Source: Diplonema japonicum
Taxonomy: Eukaryota > Protista > Euglenozoa: Diplonemea
DNA: 64,000 nucleotides
Direction: 5' to 3'
Assembly: GCA_964019335.1 (NCBI GenBank)
Contig: OZ025712.1
Coordinates: forward strand, 124,001 to 188,000
Within the stretch, counting starts at the first letter, position 1. Every line of letters starts with the position of its first letter. Both the position numbers and the translations under genes were made by a program. Of the stretch, positions 43,001 to 52,738 are shown piece by piece. The notes beneath the pieces are model-generated. The model made no database searches and was not told the DNA's origin. It saw only the letters and a program-made list of their open reading frames with translations.

Positions 43001-44178
43001 TAGGTGGTGGCTCTAAAACGACGCCCACCCTGGGTTTTTAAGTTGGACGTGAGAATTGGCTCTATCGCACATGGGAAGTCAAGACGGGAAGGAGGAAGGC
43101 TGGTGGTGACCAATGTCAAAGCTACGGCGAAGGCGGAGAAGCATGAGATGAACAGCACACCCATAAGCTGAACGCCCAGGGAACCAGCATCACCGCTGAT
43201 GACGCCCCTGCCGCCTGACTGTGATGTGACGAACCCCGCGTAAATCGCACCAAGCAAACCCCCACCCCCGTGATACACGGCAGCGTTCGCAGTATCGTTG
43301 TTTTGGAGCCTCCCCCAGAAGAACGAAAGAGTTCTGCATAAAATAGCAGAGATGCAACCCAATATACAACTTGCGATGGGTGTTGAGGTGCTACTGCTGC
43401 TTGCTACTGCCGCAACAGAAAACAACAAGGTGTCGGTCATACCCAGTGGGTCGTAGTACTGAAGACTGAGCTTCGACATGAACAGTTCTGTTGTTATGGC
43501 AGAGCAGACGGTCACAGTGATACAGACGCACGCCGTGATGGACGAGGAAACGGTGGTGTGGGATGCTGCATATGTGCTGAGGGCTATCCAGAACACGACC
43601 TTCCCGACACATGCTACCTTCGTCAGGGTAAAAGATTTCTCTAGTGGGTCCCAACGGTTTGAGTAGCCTTCTTGAAGAGAAATGACGCAGATGACAACAC
43701 CGGTTGTGAGATGGTACACAGAGCCCCCTGATGCGTCAGTGTACTTACCGCTTAACCAACCGTCCTTTGACCACACCCAACAGCACGTCAAAGGGTACAG
43801 CATGCAGTACATGAAGAACATCCTCATCACGCCGCTTCTTGTAAGTTTCGGCGTTGCAGCGTGCGCAATAGCCATCGACCCGGCCACCCCTAACGCAAGC
43901 CCTCGCAGAAAGAACCTTGTGGTTGGTTCGTGTGGGAACGACATGAAATAATAGTCCATCCCGAGGAAGAAACTCCCGTTGCCATACCCCACAGCGTAGC
44001 CAGTGCAGCACCACACCACTGTGGCCCATGACAAGCATTTCCCAAGGCTTGCGGGTAGACTTGAAACATCGTCTTGGTGCGACGTACCCAAGCAGATGAG
44101 GACCTGACCGGTCACTAGCAAACCAAAACGCAGGTTTGACAACAGGGATAAGGATGCTGCAATGGACTCATCGTTCAT
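40067..44178 (-). CDS. Tandem ammonium-transporter (Amt) domains fused to a class III adenylate cyclase plus a degenerate second cyclase-like domain (~1357 aa); exons 44178-40153, 40114-40067
   Basis: Amt motifs YP...WVWSKDGWL, DASGGSVYH, AVYHGGGG, LGVQLMG occur twice; cyclase motifs EVKSMGDTFMFAF, GLRLKIGI, DYHGSTSNKASR; probable 38-nt intron 40115-40152. Confidence 0.88.
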
Positions 44179-44208
44179 AGGCTCTGTGATGATCGTGTTT
44201 TTTGGAGG

Positions 44209-44246
<38 letters not shown>

Positions 44247-44269
44247 CAATAAAATATAGTAATCTAATT

Positions 44270-44599
44270 CTACATCCCTTCCCACCAATTTTCAAACGTT
44301 TGCACTTGGGCCTGTTGAAGTTGATGGTGTCCTCTGTCGTCAGGAACGGTGCTGCAAGGGCTGCAGGGGCTGCAGGCAGTGTGCTGCCCTTGCTGCCGTG
44401 CCGAGTCGAGCTTCTCCTCTAGCTCCTTGACTCTGTTCCAGAGCAACACGTTCTGTTGGAACACGCGCTCCATTATTATTTTCATTTTCTCATCAACTCG
44501 CCGCTCGACCGCCTCTTCTATCTCTTTCGGCAGTGGGGTCACTTGCCTGCCCTCAGGGCAAATAACCTGCCCCTGCGTGGTTGGCTGGCACTGTTCCAT
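44270..44599 (-). CDS. Small coiled-coil hypothetical protein (109 aa)
   Basis: ORF from MEQCQP with a heptad-like segment; same strand as its neighbours. Confidence 0.55.
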   Translation of the reverse strand: MEQCQPTTQGQVICPEGRQVTPLPKEIEEAVERRVDEKMKIIMERVFQQNVLLWNRVKELEEKLDSARQQGQHTACSPCSPCSTVPDDRGHHQLQQAQVQTFENWWEGM

Positions 44600-44842
44600 C
44601 GTTCCTTGAAATGAGTTGTTGAAGGACAAATAAAAAATTTTTAAAAAAAACGAACACAAACCAAACTACCAAAAACAGATTAGTTAAGAGAAAAAAAAGG
44701 GGGGGGGGAGGGGAGGGGGAGCAAGTTGTTGAAGGTGACAATGTAATCAAAGGATATGAGATCTTTTTTTTTCTTTTTTTTTTCTTTACTTTTGAATTTG
44801 GCTATGCAAAAAAGAATAAAAAAAAACAAAAAAAAGAAGAGC

Positions 44843-44876
<34 letters not shown>

Positions 44877-45284
44877 GAAGTGATGAGCAACAGCGCAGCA
44901 ACTACCCACCAAAAAAAACCGAAATAAACTAGACATTCAAGAGTTGTTTTCACGCTAACCAGCTACTTTTCGGCCCTTTTTTTCTTCCTCACTTGAGTGC
45001 GGTGCCTATGGGTGAGAACCCTGACAAATTCTGGCCAACAAACCTTTACTTTCTCATCCCACTGCCGGACGGGTGGGGTGCACCTTCGAAACAACGGAAA
45101 ACTATTTAGGGGCCCAAAAAAAAAAGTACTTTTTGTTTGTATTTTTTTTTTTCATTGAGATATGGAAGTAAGCAAAAATATGAAATAAAAATAGAAAAAA
45201 AAAAAAAAAAAAGAAGTATGCCAATCTAAGTTTGAAGGCTTTTCATATCATAAATCATGAGAATTTTTCTGTTCTTCTTTTTTT

Positions 45285-45850
45285 TTTTATTTCACTCTTC
45301 GTCATTTTCTTCACTCACTAGGGGCCTCATTATTTAACGCGAAATGGCCATTATTTAACGCGAAACGGCCATTATTTAACGCGAAATCGCCATTATTTAA
45401 CTAGTTAAATAATGAGATTTTGCAGTTAAATAATGGCCCTTCAGAGTGAAAAAATGGGTCTTGTCGTGGAAAAAAATGCACCCAACCCCTTGAAAAATTT
45501 TTTTGGGGTGGGGGTATTTTGACTATTTTTGGCCATCTGAGGCCATTCCAGCCCTTAAAAGTGGGAATAAGTGCCTTACTTCCCCTTTAAATGCCACGGC
45601 GAAATAGCTACCCTGTATTACCTTAGGAAAATCCCCAAAAAGCTGACCTGCGTGAAAAAAAACAGCAGTGAAAGCAGTGAAGAGTGAGTGACTCAAATGA
45701 CGAAGAGTGAAATAAAACGACTTACTTGCCGCCAAATGAGCCATTATTTAACACTCGTTACCCGTTTTTTTGCACTCGGGCCCTGCGGGCCCTCGTGCAA
45801 AAAATTCGGGAACTCGAGTTAAATAATGACTCATTATTTGTTGGCAATAA
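45285..45850. repeat. Non-coding palindromic element (possible non-autonomous Crypton-like transposon)
   Basis: 21-bp tandem CATTATTTAACGCGAAATGGC x3.5; 24-bp perfect palindrome 45391-45414; inverted pair 45285-45307/45695-45717; ~120-bp foldback 45726-45847. Confidence 0.65.
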
Positions 45851-46107
45851 ATAGTTATTTCTTTCACATATCAAACATACCCCCCCAAAAAATTTTTTTT
45901 CTTCTTTCTTCCTGTAGCATACACGTTATAACGCAAAGCCATAACGCAAGGGGAAAAAAAAAATAATAATTAAAAAAAAAAAAAAATAATAATGGATATT
46001 TTTTTTAATTTCAGCGCAAATACTTGATTAGGTTTCCATTATTTTTAATCAAAAACCACGTTCAACAGGCCGTACTTAACACTTTTTTTCCCCTCTTTTT
46101 TTTCTTC

Positions 46108-46929
46108 TCAAAGTTCATCCAAGCCAGGTTCACCACCTCTTGTCCAATTGTCCAAAGCAGTGTTCACAGCATCAAGCACAGTCTGAACCGCTTCAACATC
46201 GATGGGGGTATTTGGGTGAACCCATTGAAGGCCTTCATCGTCCTCACGAAGCTCAAAACCGAGAAACTTCAAAACCTCAACGGCCGTGGGGTGCTTACCG
46301 ACGGTATTCTCAAACCTATCAGAACTGGCGAACAACGTCCGGTACTTGTCCTCACATGACCGGTACAGTAAATTCTCGGAAATAGCTTGCAAACAAACAA
46401 GGGTGTTCCTATTGGTAAAGGGAGCAAGGAGCGGGGCAATCGGACATTTCGACGGCATCTCGATTTCATCAGGGTCAGACGCTGCAACGACTACAGGGCA
46501 GTCTTCACGATTGCCCAAAAGCCGCTTCAGAGCATTTCGAACAGCCGTTTTCGAAGCTTTCACTGTGATATTCTTGACATTCTGTATATGAGGTTCCGGG
46601 GCTGCCAGTTCGTCAACAGTGTTCAGGACTGCAATGACGTTAGCACCCCTGCCCATCAGCTGTGACACCAATACTCTGTTCCAGCAAAGTACTACCCCGC
46701 TGCCCACACCGCTGCAGAGTTCTTCGATGCCCTCTTCTAGTTTTACGCCTTCGCCTCTCCAATCTAGAATCTCGTAGTCGCTTCCCCCGGCCCATTCTCC
46801 TATAAGCGGAGAGGTGCTCAGCACCACCACCAACCGCCTCTCCTTGAAACTGTTATCTTCGTCCTTTCCTCCTCCCATTACCCATTTGATTGGTCGGGTC
46901 GGGTCCAGGTATCGCAACATCGATCTCAT
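46108..46929 (-). CDS. PUB-domain protein (273 aa)
   Basis: C-terminal TLVCLQAISENLL...EDKYRTL...RFENTVG...AVEVLKFLGFE fits the PUB/PUG pattern. Confidence 0.7.
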   Translation of the reverse strand: MRSMLRYLDPTRPIKWVMGGGKDEDNSFKERRLVVVLSTSPLIGEWAGGSDYEILDWRGEGVKLEEGIEELCSGVGSGVVLCWNRVLVSQLMGRGANVIAVLNTVDELAAPEPHIQNVKNITVKASKTAVRNALKRLLGNREDCPVVVAASDPDEIEMPSKCPIAPLLAPFTNRNTLVCLQAISENLLYRSCEDKYRTLFASSDRFENTVGKHPTAVEVLKFLGFELREDDEGLQWVHPNTPIDVEAVQTVLDAVNTALDNWTRGGEPGLDEL

Positions 46930-48121
46930 TTTTTTTTTCTTCCAAAAAACGGGAGTTTTTTTTTTCCTGTAAAAAAAAAAAAGATATGGTTACAGGGGGG
47001 GGGGGGACTGTGAAGAAAAAACAATGGAGGAAAAAAAAAAGTAAAGGTTTTTTTTTTTTTTTTTTTTTCCCTTCCCCCCTCGCTCTTCCGCCCCTTTCCT
47101 TTTTTTTTTTTGTTTTATGTACTGGTAGTTTGCTAGGGTTAAATCGAATCATCCAACGAGAGAGGGGGGGGGGGGGGGGGGGGCGGGCAGTCCCCCCCCC
47201 CCCCCCCCCCATACAGCATTTGTTTGTGCTATGTCTCATATATTTTTTCTCATTTTCTTTTTGGACTTTAGGGTCTGAGCAGGCCTAGGGCCTTTAGACG
47301 GCCTTTTTTTTTAATTTGGAAAAAAAAAAAAAAAAAAAAAAAAACCGATTTTCTTTAGATCCTAAAATCCTAAAATTGTCTGGGTTTGAAACCCCGTTGA
47401 TGATAGGTTAAGCCTGAACTACGGGGAAAAAAAAAAAAGATTGGGGAAGGGGAAAGGAACTAGAGCGGGGGGAAGGGTGAAGAATATGTAACAGAGAAAA
47501 AGAAGAAGAATAAAAACAAAGATATTTGTGGCAAGACAAACCAGAAAAAAAAAAAAGAAAAAAGAAAAAAAAAACCGCATAGGTACACGTTATTTAATTG
47601 ACACTATAACGCAATAACGATGGCAAGCTATCGGATAACGTGTACATCTATGTGTTACTCCTGTACCCCTTCCTGTTTCCTTCTTTGTCAGAAAACACAA
47701 TGTAAGCAAGCTTAGAAGAAGAGAAAAGAAAAAAGAGGGGAAAAAAACGAAAACCTTACCCTATCCCTCCCTTTTTTGGCTAGAAAGAAAAAAAGGGGGG
47801 GGGAGCGACTGGATGTTTTCTCCTCTCTCCATTATTTTTTAATACCCCCCCCCTTCCCCTTAATCAAACCTGAACAGAATGTACATAAAAAAGGGGGGCG
47901 ATGATTCAGGGCAAAATCCCCGCTTGAGGACCAGTTTTTTTTCTCTTTTTTTTTCTCTTTTTTCTTTTTCACACAACACGGTTTGTGGGTTAGGGAGGGA
48001 GGGATTTTTTTTTTTTTTACAACAACCTATTACAGGTTTTTTGTGAGCCCTTTCAATTACCCCCCCCCCCCCCCCATTTGCTACTTCTTATTTCCCATTT
48101 TTTTTCCCTTTTTTTTTTTCC

Positions 48122-49123
48122 CTACGGCGTGGGGTAGTCGAAAACAGGGCGTTTGGAATCGACAACGGTGAAGTAGGAATATGGCATCCGTGCAGGTTTG
48201 CTTGACTCAAGGAAATCAAGCAGCTCCTGAGCCTCGTCAGTGCCGTTCACATAGTAACAGAAGAGGCAGCAAGTGTCCATATCTGATACGGACACGGAGA
48301 TCTTCCTCGGTTGGGTGAGACTCCCGGCTGTTTCTGAGGTTAAAAATGCGTTCTGAACCCGATGCGGGTCGAGCACGACGGCGTGCCCGCCCTTGTGTCC
48401 GATGATATACAGGGCATGACGGGGCCGTCCCCCTAATATGCCCACGCTGTACTTGTGCGTCAGATTTTCGAAGAAAAAATCAGCGTAATTATTTTCCATC
48501 GGCGGCTCCATCCCAAGCATAACTGGGATCATTAAAAGAACACCGCTGCTTGAAGATGCGGCTGAGAGGAGCTCCGGTCTCGAGATGGTTCGGTCGTCCG
48601 CGACTATGGCAGACAGCCGTGACGACGAACCTACCGTGTGCAGCTGAACCAAATCCTTCAAAACCCTTGCTATCGTTGTGGGTGCGAACCACTGCCCAGG
48701 AGGTTTCCCGTGGTGACCGCCTTTCAACGCTATTTTTTGTATGGAAAAATCAGACACAGGATCGTCTTTAAAATGATGTAAAAGCTCGGCCGCGGTGCAC
48801 TTATAATGTCGTTTTAAAGTGGTCACCATCATCATTTGTCCTGTGCGGTGTACGCACCCCCATGCTGTGTCATATGTGTAATCGGAAAGACCCGCGAAGC
48901 CTATTCTGTAGGAGAACCAGATGAAGGCTTTGAGGTATTCTTCAAGTTCTTCTTGTTCGTCTTCGGTGAACCGCACGCCTCCTAGCATCTCGATATCCCC
49001 TTGAACCCCTTTTGGGAACAGCTCTTCCGACGTCACCATGTCCATCATCGCTGTGCGTGCCCAGTACACCTTATTCATCAATACCCCTTTCAGCATCCCG
49101 TACGACCACTCCTCTGCGGTCAT
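48122..49123 (-). CDS. ATG4: Autophagy cysteine protease ATG4 (peptidase C54, 333 aa)
   Basis: IWFSYRIGF, DTAWGCVHRTGQM (catalytic Cys), GQWFAPT, GILGGRPRHALYIIG, LDPH. Confidence 0.93.
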   Translation of the reverse strand: MTAEEWSYGMLKGVLMNKVYWARTAMMDMVTSEELFPKGVQGDIEMLGGVRFTEDEQEELEEYLKAFIWFSYRIGFAGLSDYTYDTAWGCVHRTGQMMMVTTLKRHYKCTAAELLHHFKDDPVSDFSIQKIALKGGHHGKPPGQWFAPTTIARVLKDLVQLHTVGSSSRLSAIVADDRTISRPELLSAASSSSGVLLMIPVMLGMEPPMENNYADFFFENLTHKYSVGILGGRPRHALYIIGHKGGHAVVLDPHRVQNAFLTSETAGSLTQPRKISVSVSDMDTCCLFCYYVNGTDEAQELLDFLESSKPARMPYSYFTVVDSKRPVFDYPTP

Positions 49124-49175
49124 GTGTCCCTGGAGGGAATTTTTTTGAAAAAAATTTGAAAAGTTTAAGGATAAT

Positions 49176-50309
49176 TTATAGTTTTAAGTTGTCGTCCAGA
49201 GGGGTTTCTGGTAAGCCTTGTTCCGTTTTTCTCCGGCGGTCCGCTGCTTTGCACAGGCAGCCCAACGCGCCTGCGAATTCCGAGTGTTTTAAAAACAACG
49301 CTTTTTCGTTCATTATAGAACAATACGTTGATATCTTCCGCACAGCGGCGAGATTGTCCCGAAGAAACCCACCCGCGAAGAAAAGAGCTTTGCAGTTCGC
49401 ACGGTTGCAGAGCGTCGAGGCAACGATCATAATCGTTTGCGAGACCATATCAAGAAGCGCGGACGCAAGATCCGCGTGGGAGAAGTTTGAGAAATCCGTG
49501 GCGGACACAAGCTTTCCAAAGGAAGCAGCGGCAACGTCACCCGGCAGCCCGAACAGTTCCTTTACACTGTCTCCGTATATGTCGCCTATTGTCGTATCTA
49601 CGTTTCTTGAGTCGCCTTCCTCTGCAAGCTTTACAGCTTCATCGTAGTCTTGAACGCCCGTTACAAGCCTGCAAAGTCCTAAAAATGTCGAACCCCCGAC
49701 GGATGTCCCTCCAAGCCTTTCGTATCGACCGTCAGATTCTACTTTTAAAACGGAAACTCCGCTTCCTATGTTGCAGATGACGCATGGGAAATCCGTTTCA
49801 GGGTTGAAGCTCGATGGTGTTTGCTGCCTATCGCGCATAGTGTATATGGTATCAGGATGGTGTGTAACAAGGTGGCGGAATCCTATTACCAAGGAGTCGA
49901 ATTCTGCGACTTTTCGGTAGGTTATTCCAAGGGACTCGGATATTAGTGTTTCGAATTTGTGTGCGCCGCCGCCTGTTGCGTATAAAGCGTGTTTAGACTG
50001 TCTGCGGCGGGGGGAGAGTTGTGGGTCTTGGTCTGTCAGTATTCTGTCGCAGAACTGCCCCACCCTGTGTGTCGCCCATTTGAGGAAGTGGACGGTCCCC
50101 CCTAGTTTCTTGCATGTTAGCTCTAACCCTCCCACCCGCGTGCCGGTTTCTCCCCATGCTGTTTTGCTCTTCAACTCTGCGACATCGACGCCTTCGTCTT
50201 GCAAATAGGCTACCTTCCCAGCAGTCCCTCCGATGTCGATCCCCACCAACCCCGAGCTTATCATCAGGTTGAGGTATTGAAACGCATCTTTATCTTGCTC
50301 GGTTGTCAT
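49176..50309 (-). CDS. PANK: Type II pantothenate kinase (377 aa)
   Basis: GIDIGGT, ATGGGAHKF, NIGSGVSVLKV, RLGGTSVGGSTFLGL, AASFGK. Confidence 0.95.
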   Translation of the reverse strand: MTTEQDKDAFQYLNLMISSGLVGIDIGGTAGKVAYLQDEGVDVAELKSKTAWGETGTRVGGLELTCKKLGGTVHFLKWATHRVGQFCDRILTDQDPQLSPRRRQSKHALYATGGGAHKFETLISESLGITYRKVAEFDSLVIGFRHLVTHHPDTIYTMRDRQQTPSSFNPETDFPCVICNIGSGVSVLKVESDGRYERLGGTSVGGSTFLGLCRLVTGVQDYDEAVKLAEEGDSRNVDTTIGDIYGDSVKELFGLPGDVAAASFGKLVSATDFSNFSHADLASALLDMVSQTIMIVASTLCNRANCKALFFAGGFLRDNLAAVRKISTYCSIMNEKALFLKHSEFAGALGCLCKAADRRRKTEQGLPETPLDDNLKL

Positions 50310-50385
50310 TTTTTTCTTCCTTTTTTTTTTCATTATTACTCTCGAGGATATGGGGGGTGGGCAAAAAAAAAAGTTTTTTTGTTGA

Positions 50386-52626
50386 TCATATGAAGTTCAA
50401 GAGGTTGAGCTCCTCGGAGACCTTCACGCTGACGGGGTCTTCGTATCCGCTCCAGCAGTGCATCGACACCATTTCGTTCAGAAACGACTCCAGCGCCGCG
50501 TCCTTTGGCAGCGTAGACGTGATTTTGAAGGTGTGAGCGGTGTCCTCGGGGGGCTTCACAATGCTGGTAAACGTTGTCCCGAGGCAGTTCTCGCACTCCC
50601 CTGCCGAGGTGTGGTTGACAAGCCCGCACGAATCACATTCTTTGATCTCAGCATAAGGGCCAGGTGGCGGAAGCGGCGCTGCTGGCATCCCCGTTAAAAG
50701 CTTCGCCCACTGATGCCGGGTGAACACCTTCCCGTGCACAAGACACGTTAGCAAGACCTCCGGATCAGGTTGATACGCAACACGGTGCTGCGGGGGTTGG
50801 ACCTTCTTCTTCTTCTTCTTCCCCTTTTTTTTCAAGTAAACCGCGGCCCTGCATGCGACCTCCGTGGCCATGACAGGTGCATCGCCGTCGATACCTCCCT
50901 GGTGTACCTCAACAGAGACGTTCTTAGGCTTGCTGGTAAAGTTCCTGTACGGGGTCCAACCTTCGTTGGTTCTCATCTCGTTCGGGTGGAGGCGGTCTGG
51001 GGTCATCCCGAACTGTTTCATCATAATCTCATATGCTGTTTGGCTCACACGGTGTGTTGGGAACACGACATCCTTCGACCACTGCGGGCCCTTGCTGAGC
51101 TGCGGGTAAGGGAGCAACACGTCGTGCCGTGTGTACATACCACGCTCCGAGTCGGACTTGATGACTTTAACAGCGCCAAGCGGGGTCCTGACAACATCGC
51201 CCACGATGGGGTCCACCCCGTACCGTGTCAGCCGTTCCACGGCCATGCGGTTCCAGAGAAAGGTGGAAGGTGCCTCTTCGATCCATGAACGGGTAGCAAT
51301 AGGGATGGAATGCCATGCCGTCCGATGCCGAGCCATGGCCGTCGAGACCAATATGGTGTGGAGCAGCTCGCCCGCCCACCGAAGGTGCGGTGGGAGGCGA
51401 CGGAGCTTCGCCGTCACCTTGTCACCATCGACAACAACATCTTCTTGAGATTCCCGTCGGAGGTACCACGCGTCCACGTTGGTCCTTGCACGGGACACGT
51501 ATTTAACAAGATACACAACGATTTCTTGAAATTCAGGGCTGGACTTCGCAACTGCTTGTAGCAGTCTGGAGCAAGCTGACTTGTAGTCTCCGTTCAAGGC
51601 GCAGGTCCCGACCTCCACCCAATCCAGGGCGTGTCTTGATTTTCCCAATGGGATCGGTTTCAGGTTCAAAAACCCCTCCTCTGCCACCATCCCAACGTTG
51701 TTCTGCAAGATTTCAGTGTCGTAGACATCCCTGACGATGATTGTGGTTTCAAACCCGGAGATCTCCATCACATTGTGAAAGGTTGTTGCAGAGGTAATCG
51801 TGAGGAGACCCGTAGTGCATGGTGCGGAGGTGGATGCGTTGCCACCCCATCCCCACGGCGAGTTCGACGCACCCTTGTGCAGCACATCTTCAAGAGAACG
51901 AGGGACGGTCGAGATATTTGTAAAAACCTCGTTGTTCTCGATGAATTGCGACAGTTTACCAGTCACGTGTTGCAGTGAAGACGCATCGGTCGCGGTGAAA
52001 AGAACCGTCTGGGTGATATGGGTGTGGGTGTCGATATTGCTGAAATAAGGCTTGAACGCGGAGACAGGCTGGCGCAGCTCGTCGGCGAGAATCATCACTG
52101 CTGCTGAAGTGGTAAGCCGCTCAGTGGAGAATGTAATGGAAAGTATTGAGCCGCATGGCTGCTTTGTCTTCGTCAGGATCTCCTTCACACTGATGTCGGA
52201 GGAAGAGGTTTGAATGACAGCCATCGGCTTGTTTGCCTCGCATAACGATTCGTCTACCCCGTTTAACCCTGCAGCTTTAAACGGAGTTATGGAGACTGTG
52301 TGCTCTGTGGTATTTTCGTGAAACTGGTACGGTTTGTCTATCTCAGTTTCGGAGTCGCCGTGAAGTTTTGCCGCCCTTGCCTGGTCCCATGAGGTAACCT
52401 TCGCTTTCTCTAAGGTTGTCGAGCCCTTTACTGTTATCTCGTCGTCGCCGCCTTGTTCACCTTGTTCTTCTTTTTCACCTTCTCCTATGCCGACCACTTT
52501 TATATTCACATTTCTCGACGCCTTCTTGTGATAGTTTGCCCATGTCATTTCCCTGCCTCTTTCGCCCGGTACCATCTGCCTGTGGGAGGCTCGTAAGAGT
52601 ATTCGGGTTTTGTTCATGAGTAACAT
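50386..52626 (-). CDS. Divergent TruD/Pus7-like pseudouridine synthase-family protein with inserted Cys4 zinc ribbon; probable intron 50803-50841
   Basis: FLWNRMAVERLTRYG...VGDVV, DVLLPYP, YRNFTSKP and TLPKDAALESFLNEM parallel Pus7/TruD; CDSC...CENC; basic presequence-like N-terminus. Confidence 0.7.
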   Translation of the reverse strand: MLLMNKTRILLRASHRQMVPGERGREMTWANYHKKASRNVNIKVVGIGEGEKEEQGEQGGDDEITVKGSTTLEKAKVTSWDQARAAKLHGDSETEIDKPYQFHENTTEHTVSITPFKAAGLNGVDESLCEANKPMAVIQTSSSDISVKEILTKTKQPCGSILSITFSTERLTTSAAVMILADELRQPVSAFKPYFSNIDTHTHITQTVLFTATDASSLQHVTGKLSQFIENNEVFTNISTVPRSLEDVLHKGASNSPWGWGGNASTSAPCTTGLLTITSATTFHNVMEISGFETTIIVRDVYDTEILQNNVGMVAEEGFLNLKPIPLGKSRHALDWVEVGTCALNGDYKSACSRLLQAVAKSSPEFQEIVVYLVKYVSRARTNVDAWYLRRESQEDVVVDGDKVTAKLRRLPPHLRWAGELLHTILVSTAMARHRTAWHSIPIATRSWIEEAPSTFLWNRMAVERLTRYGVDPIVGDVVRTPLGAVKVIKSDSERGMYTRHDVLLPYPQLSKGPQWSKDVVFPTHRVSQTAYEIMMKQFGMTPDRLHPNEMRTNEGWTPYRNFTSKPKNVSVEVHQGGIDGDAPVMATEVACRAAVYLKKKGKKKKKKVQPPQHRVAYQPDPEVLLTCLVHGKVFTRHQWAKLLTGMPAAPLPPPGPYAEIKECDSCGLVNHTSAGECENCLGTTFTSIVKPPEDTAHTFKITSTLPKDAALESFLNEMVSMHCWSGYEDPVSVKVSEELNLLNFI

Positions 52627-52738
52627 TTTTTTTTTTTTTTTTTGGAGTGAGAGGGGGCGGTGGTCCAAAATAATACCCCCCCTTTTTTTTGGTTTGTGTT
52701 GTGGTTTAAGTGAGGGGAATTGTTTTTTTTCTTTTTAA

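Noticed and set aside
45328-45414. CRISPR-like direct repeats
   Set aside because: 21-bp units are contiguous with no unique spacers; eukaryotic context and no cas genes
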